Below are positions 50,472 to 61,044 of a DNA stretch of 64,000 nt, piece after piece. The position numbers and the translations under genes are program-made. Origin of the DNA: Patescibacteria group bacterium. GTDB taxonomy: Bacteria; Patescibacteriota; Minisyncoccia; Phycocordibacterales; UBA918. Every line of letters begins with the position of its first letter. Position 1 is the stretch's first letter. Where the stretch lies: contig JAZKFU010000008.1 in NCBI GenBank assembly GCA_040386275.1, positions 6,853 to 70,852 on the forward strand, in the 5' to 3' direction. Below the pieces are notes generated by a model. That model had not been told where the DNA came from. It saw only the letters and a program-made list of their open reading frames with translations, and searched no databases.

Positions 50472-50741
50472 ATGATTTCTAGCCCACTTTTTATTCGGTT
50501 ACTCACTTTTTTCGGGGTTACTCTCGGGTGGTATTTTGGTATTTTATTGCTGGCGTTTCCGCTCACGCTCTGGTACCTGCTTAATTTTAAAGCCTATGAA
50601 TTGATTGCCTTGGGCATGCTCATTGATATGTATTTTATGCCCATACGGTTAGTCCCAGTGTATACAATCTGTTTTGCTGGTGCGTTTATCATTATTGAAA
50701 TTATAAAACCGCGATTTAAAAGTGGTGTTACTACAATATGA
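50472..50741 (+). CDS. Small membrane protein at the mreD position
   Basis: Hydrophobic, G.LID motif, synteny mreC-X-pbp2. Confidence 0.6.
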   Translation: MISSPLFIRLLTFFGVTLGWYFGILLLAFPLTLWYLLNFKAYELIALGMLIDMYFMPIRLVPVYTICFAGAFIIIEIIKPRFKSGVTTI

Positions 50742-52453
50742 AATTTCGCTCCAAAAAAAAGCGAATAGTGGAACTCGACGAGATTTTACTTGATGTATCT
50801 AATCTCCCTTCTTTTAACACCGGCCGGATGGAAGGTCGTCGCGAGTTGCCCATAAAACCGGTCAACGTCTATTTAATTGGTGTGTGTTTTATAATTGTGG
50901 CCATCGCTTTTTTTGGAAAAATATTTCACCTGCAAGTCACCGAAGGGGCACGTTTCCGAACTATCAGTGACAATAATAGTGTGAATACCAGCGTCATCAT
51001 TGCCGAACGGGGAGTTGTGTTTGATCGAAAAGGTGAGCCGTTAATTTGGAATGAACATGATTTTACCGATCAGTATGATTTTCCGGTACGTGCGTATACG
51101 GACCGGCTCGGGATGGGGCAATTGATAGGGTACGTGAGTTACCCGCAACGAGATAAAAAAGGTGTGTACTACCGAACCGAATACCTCGGCAGAACGGGGG
51201 TAGAGAGTGCGTTTGAAGATGACCTACATGGCACTAATGGTGAAAAAATTATCGAGCAAGATGCGCTCGGGGAAATTATCGGTGAACATGCCTTATCTGC
51301 CCCGGTTGAGGGTAAAGCCATCACACTTTCAGTAGATGCTGGTTTATCGGAAGCTATGTACCAAATCATCGCCACCAGTAGTGCGCAAGCTGGGTTTCGG
51401 AGTGGAGCGGGGGCAATTATGGATATTCATACCGGAGAGATTTTAGCCATGACGAGCTATCCTTCGTACGATCCTGAAGTTATGGCTGATGGAGACAACA
51501 CGACCTTGATTAGTGAATACAACAAAGATGATCGGTTGCCGTTTTTAAATAAAGTAGTGAGTGGTGTCTATACACCTGGCTCGATTGTAAAGCCATTTGT
51601 GGCCTACGCGGCATTGTCAGAAAAAATTATCGATCCCAATAAAACTATCGTCAGTAACGGGTACTTAGTTGTGCCTAATCCGTATAATCCTAGTAACCCG
51701 TCACGATTTAATGACTGGCGAGCGCATGGGGCGATGACAATGCGTGAAGCAATTGCATTCTCCTCTAACGTCTATTTTTATATCATTGGTGGTGGCTTTG
51801 GTGATCAGGCGGGACTCGGGATTACAAAAATGAGTCAGTACTACAAATTATTTGGGATGGGTAGTACAACGGGCATTACCATCGCGTCCGAACAGGAAGG
51901 AGTTGTACCAACCCCGGCCTGGAAAAAAGAAACATTTGATGATGATTGGCGACTAGGAGACACGTACTTTACCGCTATTGGTCAGTATGGTTTCCAGGCT
52001 ACACCCCTACAAATGTTACGTGCCTACGGTGCGCTAGCTTCTGGCGGAACCCTCGTTACGCCACACGTAATAAAAGGTGAGGTGAGTAGTACTACCGACA
52101 TAGGACTAAATCGCGAGTATTTAAAGGTGGTGCACGAAGGAATGCGCAAGACAGTGATTATCGCGGGCGGTACCGCGCGGGGATTAGAGCGAAAAGATGT
52201 AGCCATTGCGGCCAAGTCAGGTACAGCAGAAATTGGAGCCGGTAATGCGTTTGTGAATTCTTGGGCGGCTGGTTTTTGGCCGTACGAAGACCCGAAGTTT
52301 GCGTTTATATTGCTGATGGATAAGGCACCTCGTAGTAATGCGCTGGGGGCTACACGAATCATGGGTGGGGTATTTGATTGGATGGCACTCAATCGTCCAG
52401 AGTACATTAATCCAGATAAAGCCATTGAAATACCTGATAATACATCAGAGTAG
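50738..52453 (+). CDS. mrdA: Penicillin-binding protein 2
   Basis: RG...DR.G, PGSIVK (SxxK), SSN, KSGTA. Confidence 0.93.
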   Translation: MKFRSKKKRIVELDEILLDVSNLPSFNTGRMEGRRELPIKPVNVYLIGVCFIIVAIAFFGKIFHLQVTEGARFRTISDNNSVNTSVIIAERGVVFDRKGEPLIWNEHDFTDQYDFPVRAYTDRLGMGQLIGYVSYPQRDKKGVYYRTEYLGRTGVESAFEDDLHGTNGEKIIEQDALGEIIGEHALSAPVEGKAITLSVDAGLSEAMYQIIATSSAQAGFRSGAGAIMDIHTGEILAMTSYPSYDPEVMADGDNTTLISEYNKDDRLPFLNKVVSGVYTPGSIVKPFVAYAALSEKIIDPNKTIVSNGYLVVPNPYNPSNPSRFNDWRAHGAMTMREAIAFSSNVYFYIIGGGFGDQAGLGITKMSQYYKLFGMGSTTGITIASEQEGVVPTPAWKKETFDDDWRLGDTYFTAIGQYGFQATPLQMLRAYGALASGGTLVTPHVIKGEVSSTTDIGLNREYLKVVHEGMRKTVIIAGGTARGLERKDVAIAAKSGTAEIGAGNAFVNSWAAGFWPYEDPKFAFILLMDKAPRSNALGATRIMGGVFDWMALNRPEYINPDKAIEIPDNTSE

Positions 52454-52511
52454 TCCACAAGTTGACCTGATAGAGTAAGTGCGTATAATTGTGGTACATT
52501 AATTTTGCATT

Positions 52512-52982
52512 ATGAACGATCAACAATCCTATTTGACTGCTGAGAAGTTTGACGAATTGAAGAAAGAATTAGATCATTTAAAAACAGTTCGTCGTAAAGA
52601 AGTAGCTGAATCTTTGGAGTACGCTCGAAGTCTCGGTGACCTTTCTGAAAACGCTGAATATCAAGAAGCTCGTGATATGCAGGCTGCCATTGAGGAACGT
52701 ATTGCTCACCTCGAAAAGGTAATCAAAGAAGCAAAAATCGTTGCCCATGACAAAAAAGGTGATGTGATTGTGCTCGGTTCAACCGTAACTATTCAAAAAG
52801 ACAAAGATAAAGATAGTCACAGTTACACCATCGTCGGAGCTGAAGAAGCCAACATCCACGAAAAGAAACTCTCATACCTTTCACCACTAGGAGAATCACT
52901 GATGGGAAAGTTTAAGGGAGATGAGTTTAGTTTTGAGACGCCGGGAGGGAAGCAAAAATACAAGGTATTGAAAGTCGAATAA
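52512..52982 (+). CDS. greA: Transcription elongation factor GreA
   Basis: GDLSENAEY, SPLG. Confidence 0.98.
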   Translation: MNDQQSYLTAEKFDELKKELDHLKTVRRKEVAESLEYARSLGDLSENAEYQEARDMQAAIEERIAHLEKVIKEAKIVAHDKKGDVIVLGSTVTIQKDKDKDSHSYTIVGAEEANIHEKKLSYLSPLGESLMGKFKGDEFSFETPGGKQKYKVLKVE

Positions 52983-52984
52983 AG

Positions 52985-53111
52985 GGGGTGAAAGTCCAAA
53001 AATAATTTTATACTGCGTTGCCTGCATTATTTTAGTCCTCACCGTACAAAAAGTACGGCTCGAACAAAAATAACTAGTCGCCTTGTCTAAAAAGATTTTT
53101 GAACTTCCATC
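52985..53111 (+). repeat. Family A element
   Basis: tactgcgttg / ctcaccgtac-aaaaa-gtacggctc / cgccttg. Confidence 0.85.
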
Positions 53112-53227
53112 GATGAATTACATTTTATTTCAAAAAACCAATCGCTTTGCGATTGGTTTTTTGTTGTGGATGTTTATAAATGTGGTAGTGTTTATGCGGA
53201 ATCGACATTCTCATGCAGGAGCTTTAG

Positions 53228-53503
53228 ATGGAACAGATGGACAGAATTGCGCATTTGACGTATTCGATACAACATAATCCAAATTGTCCGAGTAAATATT
53301 TGATTCGGTTAATTGGGGATGAAGCGGGAATAATTGATAATCTCCCTCATAGTTCGTATATAGTAAAAAGAACTAATGACAGATTATTTTACGGCAAGAC
53401 TTTAGAAGAGGCGATTGATAAAGTGCTGGCTGATGAACGAGTGGCTCGCACTCGCCGAATGCAAAAGATGCACTATAAACCCTCATTAGTCTTGCAGGAA
53501 TAA
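53228..53503 (+). CDS. Orphan hypothetical protein
   Basis: GCAGGAG SD, hairpin 53516-53540 after the stop. Confidence 0.6.
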   Translation: MEQMDRIAHLTYSIQHNPNCPSKYLIRLIGDEAGIIDNLPHSSYIVKRTNDRLFYGKTLEEAIDKVLADERVARTRRMQKMHYKPSLVLQE

Positions 53504-53570
53504 TATTTTAAAATCGACCTTTCCGTACCACGGGGAGGTCTTATTTTAAATACCACTTAATTTTAAATAG

Positions 53571-53687
53571 ACTTACGATAATAGATGCAGTTCTAGACGA
53601 CGTGTTAAAAATGCTGCGAGGCGTATCGAGTATACGATGAGTGGCATTTTTGACTCGTCACCAACGAAATGCGCTATTTGCGTAAGT
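53571..53687 (-). repeat. Family A element (diverged)
   Basis: acttacg/cgtaagt termini; reverse complement ttcgttg / ctcatcgtat-actcg-atacgcctc / cgtctag. Confidence 0.7.
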
Positions 53688-53712
53688 TGCTGTTACCCGC
53701 TAATATACACAA

Positions 53713-55212
53713 ATGTCTACACATGATGACCTAATGAACGAACGTCGGAAAAAGCGGGATGTGCTTGTGGCGGCGGGGATGAACCCTTACACAGCCAAGG
53801 CCAATGCTACTCACACAAATGGGGTTGTTTTAGAGAAGTTTAGCGAACTAGTCGCTTCGGGAGAATCAGTTACTATTGCCGGGCGGGTGATGGCTTTGCG
53901 CTTGCATGGAGCGCTTGCGTTTGCTGATATCTTTGATGGCTCGGCTCGCGTACAGGCGATGTTTACCAAAGAGAACATCGGTGAAGAACTATTTGCCCTC
54001 TTTGTAGATACTATTGATGGGGGAGATTTTATTGAAATAACGGGGAATGCGTTTATTACTAAACGCGAAACCCAGGCGCTACAAGTGGCGTCATGGCGTA
54101 TTTTAACGAAGTCTCTTGCTCCATTACCGGCTGAACACTTTGGTATTAAGGACGAAGATATGCGGTACCGCAAGCGGTATCTCGATTTGTTGCTTGATGA
54201 TGAAGCCCGAGCCTTGTTTATTCAAAAAGCAAAATTCTGGGAAGTGACACGTCGGTTTATGGTGGATCATGGGTTTCTAGAAGTGGAAACACCCACGCTT
54301 GAAGTAACGACCGGCGGAGCTGAAGCACGTCCGTTTAAAACCTACCATAATGATTTTGATATGCAGGTGTATATGCGTATCTGTATTGGTGAACTCTGGC
54401 AGAAGCGCTTGATGGCTGCTGGCTATGCTAAAACGTTTGAAATTGGACGAGCGTATCGCAATGAGGGTACCAGTCCTGAACACCTCCAAGAATTTACCAA
54501 CTGTGAATTCTACTGGGCCTATGCTGATTACCGGGACGGCATGACGTTTGTGCGTGATCTCTACCGCACCATTGCTACCGAAGTATTTGGTACGACAAAA
54601 TTCACTATGCGGAATCACACCTTTGATTTGGCAGACGAATGGGTTGAAATTGATTATGTCGAAACCATTAAAGATAAAACGGGTATCGACATTTTAACGG
54701 CCACAACCGAGGCTATGGAAGAAAAGCTCGCAGAACTGGGAGTGAAGTACGATGGGAACAATCGCGAGCGCCTAACCGATACTCTTTGGAAGTACTGTCG
54801 CAAACAAATTGCCGGACCAGCCTTTCTCATTAATCACCCAACACTCGTGGCACCGCTTGCGAAAACACGACCGGGCACTGATACGGTTGAAATGTTCCAA
54901 CCAATTATCGCGGGAAGTGAAGTAGGGCGGGGGTACAGCGAGTTAAATGACCCGGATGACCAGCGCGCTCGGTTTGAAGCGCAAAAGAAATTGCTCGATG
55001 CAGGTGATGATGAGGCGATGATGTCTGACTGGGAATTTGTGGAGATGCTCGAACATGGTATGCCACCAACCTGCGGGTTTGGTTTTGGCGAGCGCTTGTT
55101 TGCGTTCCTCGCGGGTAAGCCACTACGTGAAGTGCAATTATTCCCGTTGATGAAACCAAAAGTTGAAGTAGAGGAACAATCGCTTCCAGACTGCGTAGCG
55201 TGTGAAGGGTAA
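53713..55212 (+). CDS. lysS: Lysine--tRNA ligase (class II) with C-terminal CVACEG tail
   Basis: RYR.RYLDL, GGA.ARPF.T, RNEG, GMPPT.G.G.G. Confidence 0.98.
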   Translation: MSTHDDLMNERRKKRDVLVAAGMNPYTAKANATHTNGVVLEKFSELVASGESVTIAGRVMALRLHGALAFADIFDGSARVQAMFTKENIGEELFALFVDTIDGGDFIEITGNAFITKRETQALQVASWRILTKSLAPLPAEHFGIKDEDMRYRKRYLDLLLDDEARALFIQKAKFWEVTRRFMVDHGFLEVETPTLEVTTGGAEARPFKTYHNDFDMQVYMRICIGELWQKRLMAAGYAKTFEIGRAYRNEGTSPEHLQEFTNCEFYWAYADYRDGMTFVRDLYRTIATEVFGTTKFTMRNHTFDLADEWVEIDYVETIKDKTGIDILTATTEAMEEKLAELGVKYDGNNRERLTDTLWKYCRKQIAGPAFLINHPTLVAPLAKTRPGTDTVEMFQPIIAGSEVGRGYSELNDPDDQRARFEAQKKLLDAGDDEAMMSDWEFVEMLEHGMPPTCGFGFGERLFAFLAGKPLREVQLFPLMKPKVEVEEQSLPDCVACEG

Positions 55213-55360
55213 ATAATATAGAAAATTGAAGAGGGAATATTGATAATATACAAAACAGTGAGAACTTTGTTCTCGCTGTTTTGTGTTATGAGGCAAAGCC
55301 TCTGTACAAAAAACACCTTTGTGTTGTTTTTTTGTTTTTTATTGGTTATCCACCGGGAAA

Positions 55361-55430
55361 GTGTGGGGAAATACTGCAGGGTGGGTCAAAGTGGTGTATA
55401 GTGTAAGTGTGGTGGGAGATAGTGGTATAC
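55361..55430 (+). promoter_or_regulatory. MraZ-binding GTGG repeats
   Basis: GTGG at 55381, 55391, 55412 and 55422 (GTGT at 55401), ~10-nt period, upstream of mraZ. Confidence 0.7.
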
Positions 55431-55534
55431 GCGACCGCAAGGAACCGTATACAGGAGGGAGGTACTCTCTAAACCTACTGGAATCACTCCACTGATTGCG
55501 GTTGGTTTAGAGGGTACCTTCAAACTTTTAAGAT

Positions 55535-55969
55535 ATGCTAATTGGCGAATACAAGCACACGTTGGACCCCAAGAAAAGGCTGTCACTTCCGTCTAAATGG
55601 CGGGGTGAACTTGGGGCATCGCTTGTCGTCACACGCGGTCTTGATAATTGTCTCTTTGTATATCCGCTTCTTGAGTGGCAGAAAATCACCGACAAAATTG
55701 GTGAACTGCCACTGGGGACCGCGGACACCAGAAGTTTCAATCGATTCTTCTTATCAGGAGCAGTAGAGGTGGAGGTAGATTCAGTTGGACGTATTCTCGT
55801 GCCAGATTTTTTAAAGGAGTTTGCTCACTTAGACTCAAAGGTAGTCTTAGCGGGTATCCATAACCGAATAGAAATTTGGGATGAGAACAAGTGGACAGAG
55901 TACAAAGCACAAATCGAACTACAAGCAGATTCCCTCGCGGAAAAGCTCGGAGCGATTGGTGTCCTCTAA
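55535..55969 (+). CDS. mraZ: Division/cell wall cluster regulator MraZ
   Basis: GEY.H.LD.K.R..LP, D..GRI..P. Confidence 0.97.
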   Translation: MLIGEYKHTLDPKKRLSLPSKWRGELGASLVVTRGLDNCLFVYPLLEWQKITDKIGELPLGTADTRSFNRFFLSGAVEVEVDSVGRILVPDFLKEFAHLDSKVVLAGIHNRIEIWDENKWTEYKAQIELQADSLAEKLGAIGVL

Positions 55970-55993
55970 GTCACCCAACCACTCTCTATATAT

Positions 55994-56881
55994 ATGAAGC
56001 ACATTACTGTTTTGCTCGAAGAAGCGATAGACGCCTTAGCGCTTAGTAAAAACGCAACCGTGGTCGACGCTACCTTGGGTGCTGGAGGACATGCCAGGCA
56101 CATACTCAAGCAATTGGGTGCCAAGGGAACCTTTATCGGGTTTGATGCCGACAGTACTGCTTTATCGGAATTACATGATTTAAAGAAATCAAAATCCACC
56201 GTGCATTTAGTGCATAGTAATTTTGCACACATTCAATCAGAACTTCTGAAATTAAATATAGAACACGTTGATGCGATTCTCGCCGACCTTGGTTGGCGTA
56301 CGGATCAATTCACGGATGGGGGAAAGGGGTTCTCGTTCACTTCAGACGATAGCTTGTACATGACGTATGGAGCGCCAGACACGTATTCATTTACGGCCGG
56401 AGACATCGTCAACGACTGGAAAGAGGAAGATATTGCGAACGTATTGTATGGGTACGGGGAAGAGCGATATTCAAGACCGATTGCCAAAGCAATCGTTGCC
56501 TATCGCAAGAACAAAAAAATTATGACCGCCGCAGAACTGGCAGAAATAATTTTTACTTCTGTCCCTGTGTCATATCGCCATGGTCGCATTCATCCAGCAA
56601 CAAAATCCTTTCAGGGTTTACGCATTGCAGTGAATGACGAGTTTACGGTCCTGGAGCAATTCATCGCGGGAGCCTGGCAATGCTTAGCTCCCCAAGGACG
56701 TTTGGCTATCATTTCCTTCCATAGTCTTGAAGATAGAATTGTAAAACATACATTCAAAAATTACGTACAAGCTGCCGCCGGTGTCCTCATAACCAAAAAA
56801 CCGATAGTAGCAAGCAGAGAAGAGTTGGTAGCAAACCCCCGATCCCGCAGTGCCAAATTACGAATTATTCAAAAAATTTAA
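55994..56881 (+). CDS. rsmH: 16S rRNA m4C1402 methyltransferase
   Basis: H..VLL.E, DATLG.GGH, FHSLEDR, NPRSRSAKLR. Confidence 0.98.
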   Translation: MKHITVLLEEAIDALALSKNATVVDATLGAGGHARHILKQLGAKGTFIGFDADSTALSELHDLKKSKSTVHLVHSNFAHIQSELLKLNIEHVDAILADLGWRTDQFTDGGKGFSFTSDDSLYMTYGAPDTYSFTAGDIVNDWKEEDIANVLYGYGEERYSRPIAKAIVAYRKNKKIMTAAELAEIIFTSVPVSYRHGRIHPATKSFQGLRIAVNDEFTVLEQFIAGAWQCLAPQGRLAIISFHSLEDRIVKHTFKNYVQAAAGVLITKKPIVASREELVANPRSRSAKLRIIQKI

Positions 56882-56892
56882 TTATTACTACA

Positions 56893-57207
56893 ATGCTCGC
56901 GAATGTAATTTCCAAACCCACCCATGCATTCTACTTTAATGCTGGCGTTGCCACCCTTTTTACATTGGTCTTTTTGTACATGTATTTCCTCTCAATGTCG
57001 GTAGTACACGTAGTACTGCGCAAGGAAATTATGAATGATGTTGCCAAAGTTGAGTCTCAAATTGCTCAACTAGAATCTTCTTATATTACTGCGCAACACA
57101 AAGTGAGTAATAAAATTGCCGCCCTAGAAAACTTCACCGCTAACGAAACCAAAATCTTTGTCAGTCGTGAGGAATCAACGTTGGTACTCTCTGAATCGGC
57201 CCGGTAG
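56893..57207 (+). CDS. FtsL-like membrane coiled-coil protein
   Basis: TM plus coiled coil between rsmH and ftsI. Confidence 0.65.
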   Translation: MLANVISKPTHAFYFNAGVATLFTLVFLYMYFLSMSVVHVVLRKEIMNDVAKVESQIAQLESSYITAQHKVSNKIAALENFTANETKIFVSREESTLVLSESAR

Positions 57208-57216
57208 TTGTTCTCT

Positions 57217-58932
57217 ATGCGTAAAAGTACCACAGCGCGAATACGAATTATCTCCGCGGTGATTTTTTTTATAGGCTTTTTATTGATTGTTCGTTTGTAT
57301 CATATACAAATAAATCAAGCTGAAGCCTATCGCGAAAAAGCCCAACGCCAATACGTACACACCGCTAAAGACGTCTATAACCGAGGCAGTATATATTTCA
57401 CCACCAAAGATGGAGAAAAAGTTTCAGCTGCCTCAGTCACCTCAGGGTATCTCGTGGCGGTGAATCCAACCATCATTACTGATCCCGAAGCAGTCTACGA
57501 AAAGATAAAGATGCACGTAGCAATATCAAAAGATGACTTTATTGCTAAAGCCACGTTACCGAACCGTACCTATGTAGAAATTGATCCAAAGGTAAATGAA
57601 GCGACTTACGAATTATTATCTAAAGAATCAGTCGAAGGAGTGATGTTGTACCGAAATCAGTGGCGATACTATCCGGGCGATACGATGTCTGCTCGGTCAA
57701 TTGGGTTTGTGGGATTTGGTAGTGATGACGGACAGTTACGCGGGAAGTATGGTCTTGAACGTTACTATGACGAAACCCTCTACCGGGACAATACCAAACT
57801 TTCAGTGAACTTTTTTGCAGAGATCTTTTCTAATCTCGGTAGTTTAGTGTTTGAAAACTCTGAACAAAAAAGTGGGAGTGTAGTAACGACAATTGAACCA
57901 ACCGTAGCACGTATGCTTGACCGGGTGTTACAAGAAACCCAAGACGAGTATAAAAGTAAACTCACGGGTGGAATCATCATGGATCCTAAAACGGGAGCAA
58001 TTTATGCGTTAAACGTGGCGCCAACCTTTGATTTAAACACTCGTGGCACAAGTTCAATCGATCAATTCCAAAATCCGTTAGTGGAAAACGTGTACGAGAT
58101 GGGTTCGATTATTAAAGCCCTTACCATGGCAGCTGGACTTGATAGTAAAGTAGTAACACCTCAATCGACGTACTACGACGCCGGATTCCTTGATCTTAAT
58201 GGATACACTATTAAAAACTTTGACGGTAAAGGTCGTGGTACCGTTCCGATGCAAACGGTCTTGGATCAATCACTCAATACCGGAGTATCACACATTGTAA
58301 AATTAATGGGGCGAGAAAAATTCCGCAGCTATTTTGAAGGTCTGAAATTAGGAAGTGAAACAGGAATTGATTTACCGAGTGAAGCCCAGGGACTGATGAA
58401 GAACCTGCAGTCTCCGCGTGATGTAGAGTACGCAACCGCCTCATTCGGGCAGGGAATTGCGATGACTCCGATAGCAACCGCGAGAGCCTTAGCGACGTTA
58501 GGTAATGGTGGTCATCTAGTAACTCCTCATATTGTTAAAGCTATTGAATACGATGATGGTACTAAAAAAGAAGTGGTCTACCCAAATGGTGCTCAAGTCT
58601 TTACGCCCGAAACAAGCGAAACCGTATCACGCATGCTCACGAGCGTCGTCGACACTGCTTTGCGTGGGGGAGATGTAGCACTTCCACACCATACTATTGC
58701 CGCCAAAACCGGTACAGCGCAGATGTCTAATCCAAATGGGGGTGGGTATTATGAAGACAAATACCTCCACTCATTCTTCGGGTATTTCCCCGCCTATGAT
58801 CCGAAGTTTATTGTGTTCTTGTATACGGTAGATCCACGAGGCGTGCAGTATGCGTCTGAGACGTTGACGACGCCGTTTATGGATATAACCAAGTTTTTAA
58901 TAAATTACTACAGCATCCCCCCAGACCGATAA
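57217..58932 (+). CDS. ftsI: Penicillin-binding protein 3 / FtsI
   Basis: RGSI, R.YP, G.YGLE, E.GSIIK, SLN, KTGTAQ. Confidence 0.92.
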   Translation: MRKSTTARIRIISAVIFFIGFLLIVRLYHIQINQAEAYREKAQRQYVHTAKDVYNRGSIYFTTKDGEKVSAASVTSGYLVAVNPTIITDPEAVYEKIKMHVAISKDDFIAKATLPNRTYVEIDPKVNEATYELLSKESVEGVMLYRNQWRYYPGDTMSARSIGFVGFGSDDGQLRGKYGLERYYDETLYRDNTKLSVNFFAEIFSNLGSLVFENSEQKSGSVVTTIEPTVARMLDRVLQETQDEYKSKLTGGIIMDPKTGAIYALNVAPTFDLNTRGTSSIDQFQNPLVENVYEMGSIIKALTMAAGLDSKVVTPQSTYYDAGFLDLNGYTIKNFDGKGRGTVPMQTVLDQSLNTGVSHIVKLMGREKFRSYFEGLKLGSETGIDLPSEAQGLMKNLQSPRDVEYATASFGQGIAMTPIATARALATLGNGGHLVTPHIVKAIEYDDGTKKEVVYPNGAQVFTPETSETVSRMLTSVVDTALRGGDVALPHHTIAAKTGTAQMSNPNGGGYYEDKYLHSFFGYFPAYDPKFIVFLYTVDPRGVQYASETLTTPFMDITKFLINYYSIPPDR

Positions 58933-59056
58933 TTTATTCCAGAATCCCTGCATCTACTGCGTTGCTGCTCAGTAAAATGAAGTTCAACGTACTAATGTAC
59001 GCCTCACTTTATTTTCTTCGCGCGTCTTGTATCTACAGCAATTCTGAAACAAATTA
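58930..59056 (+). repeat. Family A element (127 bp)
   Basis: taattt..aaatta termini; catctactgcgttg / tcaacgtac-taat-gtacgcctc / cgtcttgtatct. Confidence 0.88.
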
Positions 59057-59186
59057 AAATTTGCGCCAAACTACGCCCATCTGCTGCGTTGTTGCTGTTC
59101 GCTTTTTCACTCACCGTACATTTAGGTACGACTCGCAAAAAAGCGAACAGCACGCCTTGCATCTGGACGCATTTTGACACAAATTT
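59057..59186 (+). repeat. Family A element, tandem copy
   Basis: aaatttg..caaattt termini; catctgctgcgttg / ctcaccgtac-atttag-gtacgactc / cgccttgcatct. Confidence 0.88.
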
Positions 59187-59311
59187 GGTCAAACCGGCTA
59201 CTTAAAAAATATTTTACTTTAATAAAAACAAAAACCGCCACCTCGTTGAAACGAAGCTTTGGCTTTCGTTTCGTGGGTAGCGGCTATATTCTAGGTGGCT
59301 CCTGAAAGATT

Positions 59312-59533
59312 TCAGATTACGCGTTCAGCGAGCCATGCTTGTTCGGTAGGGAACATGCTGGAAATTTTGAAGCTGAGATCCCAGTCAAGCTGGGTACGGT
59401 CAGCTGCGGTCAGTACCACCTGGATGTCAGGATCCTTTTCCGCCAGACACTGAGGACAAGGTGTCATCGGGATGCCGTGCTTACCGCACGATCCGACTTG
59501 TTCGTCCCATTCAGGATGATAGAGATTTGGCAT
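59312..59533 (-). CDS. Small orphan zinc-ribbon protein
   Basis: CGKH..CPQC; TTGACA-17-TATTAT, TGGAG SD. Confidence 0.65.
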   Translation of the reverse strand: MPNLYHPEWDEQVGSCGKHGIPMTPCPQCLAEKDPDIQVVLTAADRTQLDWDLSFKISSMFPTEQAWLAERVI

Positions 59534-59680
59534 AGTATTCTCCAAAAGTTCAATTCGAATAATATAATACACTTATTATGTATTTTTGTCAAGTAAATTC
59601 AGTATATTTGATAATTAGAGGATTTAATAATAAGACAATGCTAATATAATCAAATATATTTATAGTTTTACGAATTTACA

Positions 59681-60970
59681 ATGAAAAACGCGTTAAAAAA
59701 AGTGGTGGTGGCTGTTTTAACTTTTGAGGCTAAGGTGTTGTTACGGCGGACAAAGCCGACTATTATTGCGGTGACGGGAAGTGTGGGAAAAACTTCAACC
59801 AAAGATGCAATTTTTTCAGTGCTTAAAAATCATCGAAAGACACGGAAGAGTCAAAAAAGTTTTAACTCTGAGATTGGAGTGCCGTTATCTATCCTAGGAC
59901 TACCAAATGCGTGGGATAACCCGTTCTCGTGGCTCAAAAACTTTTTTGATGGATTTATTATTGCCTTCTTTAGTCGCAACTATCCAGAAGTGTTAGTGCT
60001 TGAATGTGGAGTAGATAGACCGGGTGATATGGCCGCGCTAACTAAATGGTTATCGCCGGATATTGTGGTCATGACACGATTGCCAGATGTGCCGGTGCAC
60101 GTTGAGTTTTTTGGCACACCTGAAGCCGTAGTAGCTGAAAAGATGGAGTTGCTCAAAGCACTTAAACCTGAGGGAGTGTTTGTCTACAACCATGACGATA
60201 TTAAGCTACAAAATGCCGTCAAAGAAGTACGGCAGTCCGCAGTTGGGTTTAGTCGATATTTACCAACTCACTTCACTGCTTCATCAGATGCTATTGTCTA
60301 CCACAACGACGAACCAGTTGGCTCAACCTTTACCCTGACTCATTTAGATGAATCGGTACCAGTTAAAGTGATGGGTTCAATAGGTATGCAAAACGCGTAT
60401 ACCTTTGCCGCCGCGGCAGCTGTAGCTGCACAGTTTGATATTAGTTTGCCTGAAGTCGCTCAATCGGTCCTAGAGCACCAAAGCCCACAGGGACGGATGC
60501 GCATGATTTCGGGAATCAAAGGTACCTTGATTATTGATGATACGTACAACTCTTCACCGGTAGCGGTAGAAGCAGCGCTCACCTCGCTCTCAGAAATCCG
60601 CGGGGCCAAGCGTAAAATTGCAGTGATTGGTGATATGTTGGAACTGGGACAATTCTCAAGTCGAGCACATGAAAAAGTAGGGGAGCAAGTACCAAAGTGT
60701 GCGGATGTTCTCTTTACTTTGGGCGTTCGGGCGCGAAAAATTGCGGAAACAGCAATTGAATTTGGGATGCACGAAAAAAATGTATTTCAACATGAAGACA
60801 CTGCGCGAGCTGGACGGGAATTACAAGCGTTTATCAATCCCGGAGACGTCATCTTGATTAAAGCCTCTCAAGGCATTAGAGCCGAGAAAATTGTGGAAGA
60901 GATAATGGCCCATCCCGAGACCGCTTCTCAACTTTTGGTGAGACAAGACTCATCGTGGAAATCACGATAA
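59681..60970 (+). CDS. murF: UDP-MurNAc-tripeptide--D-Ala-D-Ala ligase
   Basis: VTGSVGKTSTK, DDTYNSSP, GDMLELG, K.S. Confidence 0.95.
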   Translation: MKNALKKVVVAVLTFEAKVLLRRTKPTIIAVTGSVGKTSTKDAIFSVLKNHRKTRKSQKSFNSEIGVPLSILGLPNAWDNPFSWLKNFFDGFIIAFFSRNYPEVLVLECGVDRPGDMAALTKWLSPDIVVMTRLPDVPVHVEFFGTPEAVVAEKMELLKALKPEGVFVYNHDDIKLQNAVKEVRQSAVGFSRYLPTHFTASSDAIVYHNDEPVGSTFTLTHLDESVPVKVMGSIGMQNAYTFAAAAAVAAQFDISLPEVAQSVLEHQSPQGRMRMISGIKGTLIIDDTYNSSPVAVEAALTSLSEIRGAKRKIAVIGDMLELGQFSSRAHEKVGEQVPKCADVLFTLGVRARKIAETAIEFGMHEKNVFQHEDTARAGRELQAFINPGDVILIKASQGIRAEKIVEEIMAHPETASQLLVRQDSSWKSR

Positions 60971-61044
60971 TAGTCTTTAATATAAGGTTATTTTGACGGA
61001 CCTCTTGGTTGTATTTACTTCAAAATATGATATAATGTGTTTAT

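Noticed and set aside
55346-55354. DnaA-box-like TTATCCACC as a replication origin
   Set aside because: Single imperfect box with no cluster and no dnaA/dnaN nearby.
58930-59186. Tandem repeats as a possible CRISPR array
   Set aside because: Units are ~127-bp diverged palindromes with no identical repeat and unique spacer pattern; no cas genes in the window.
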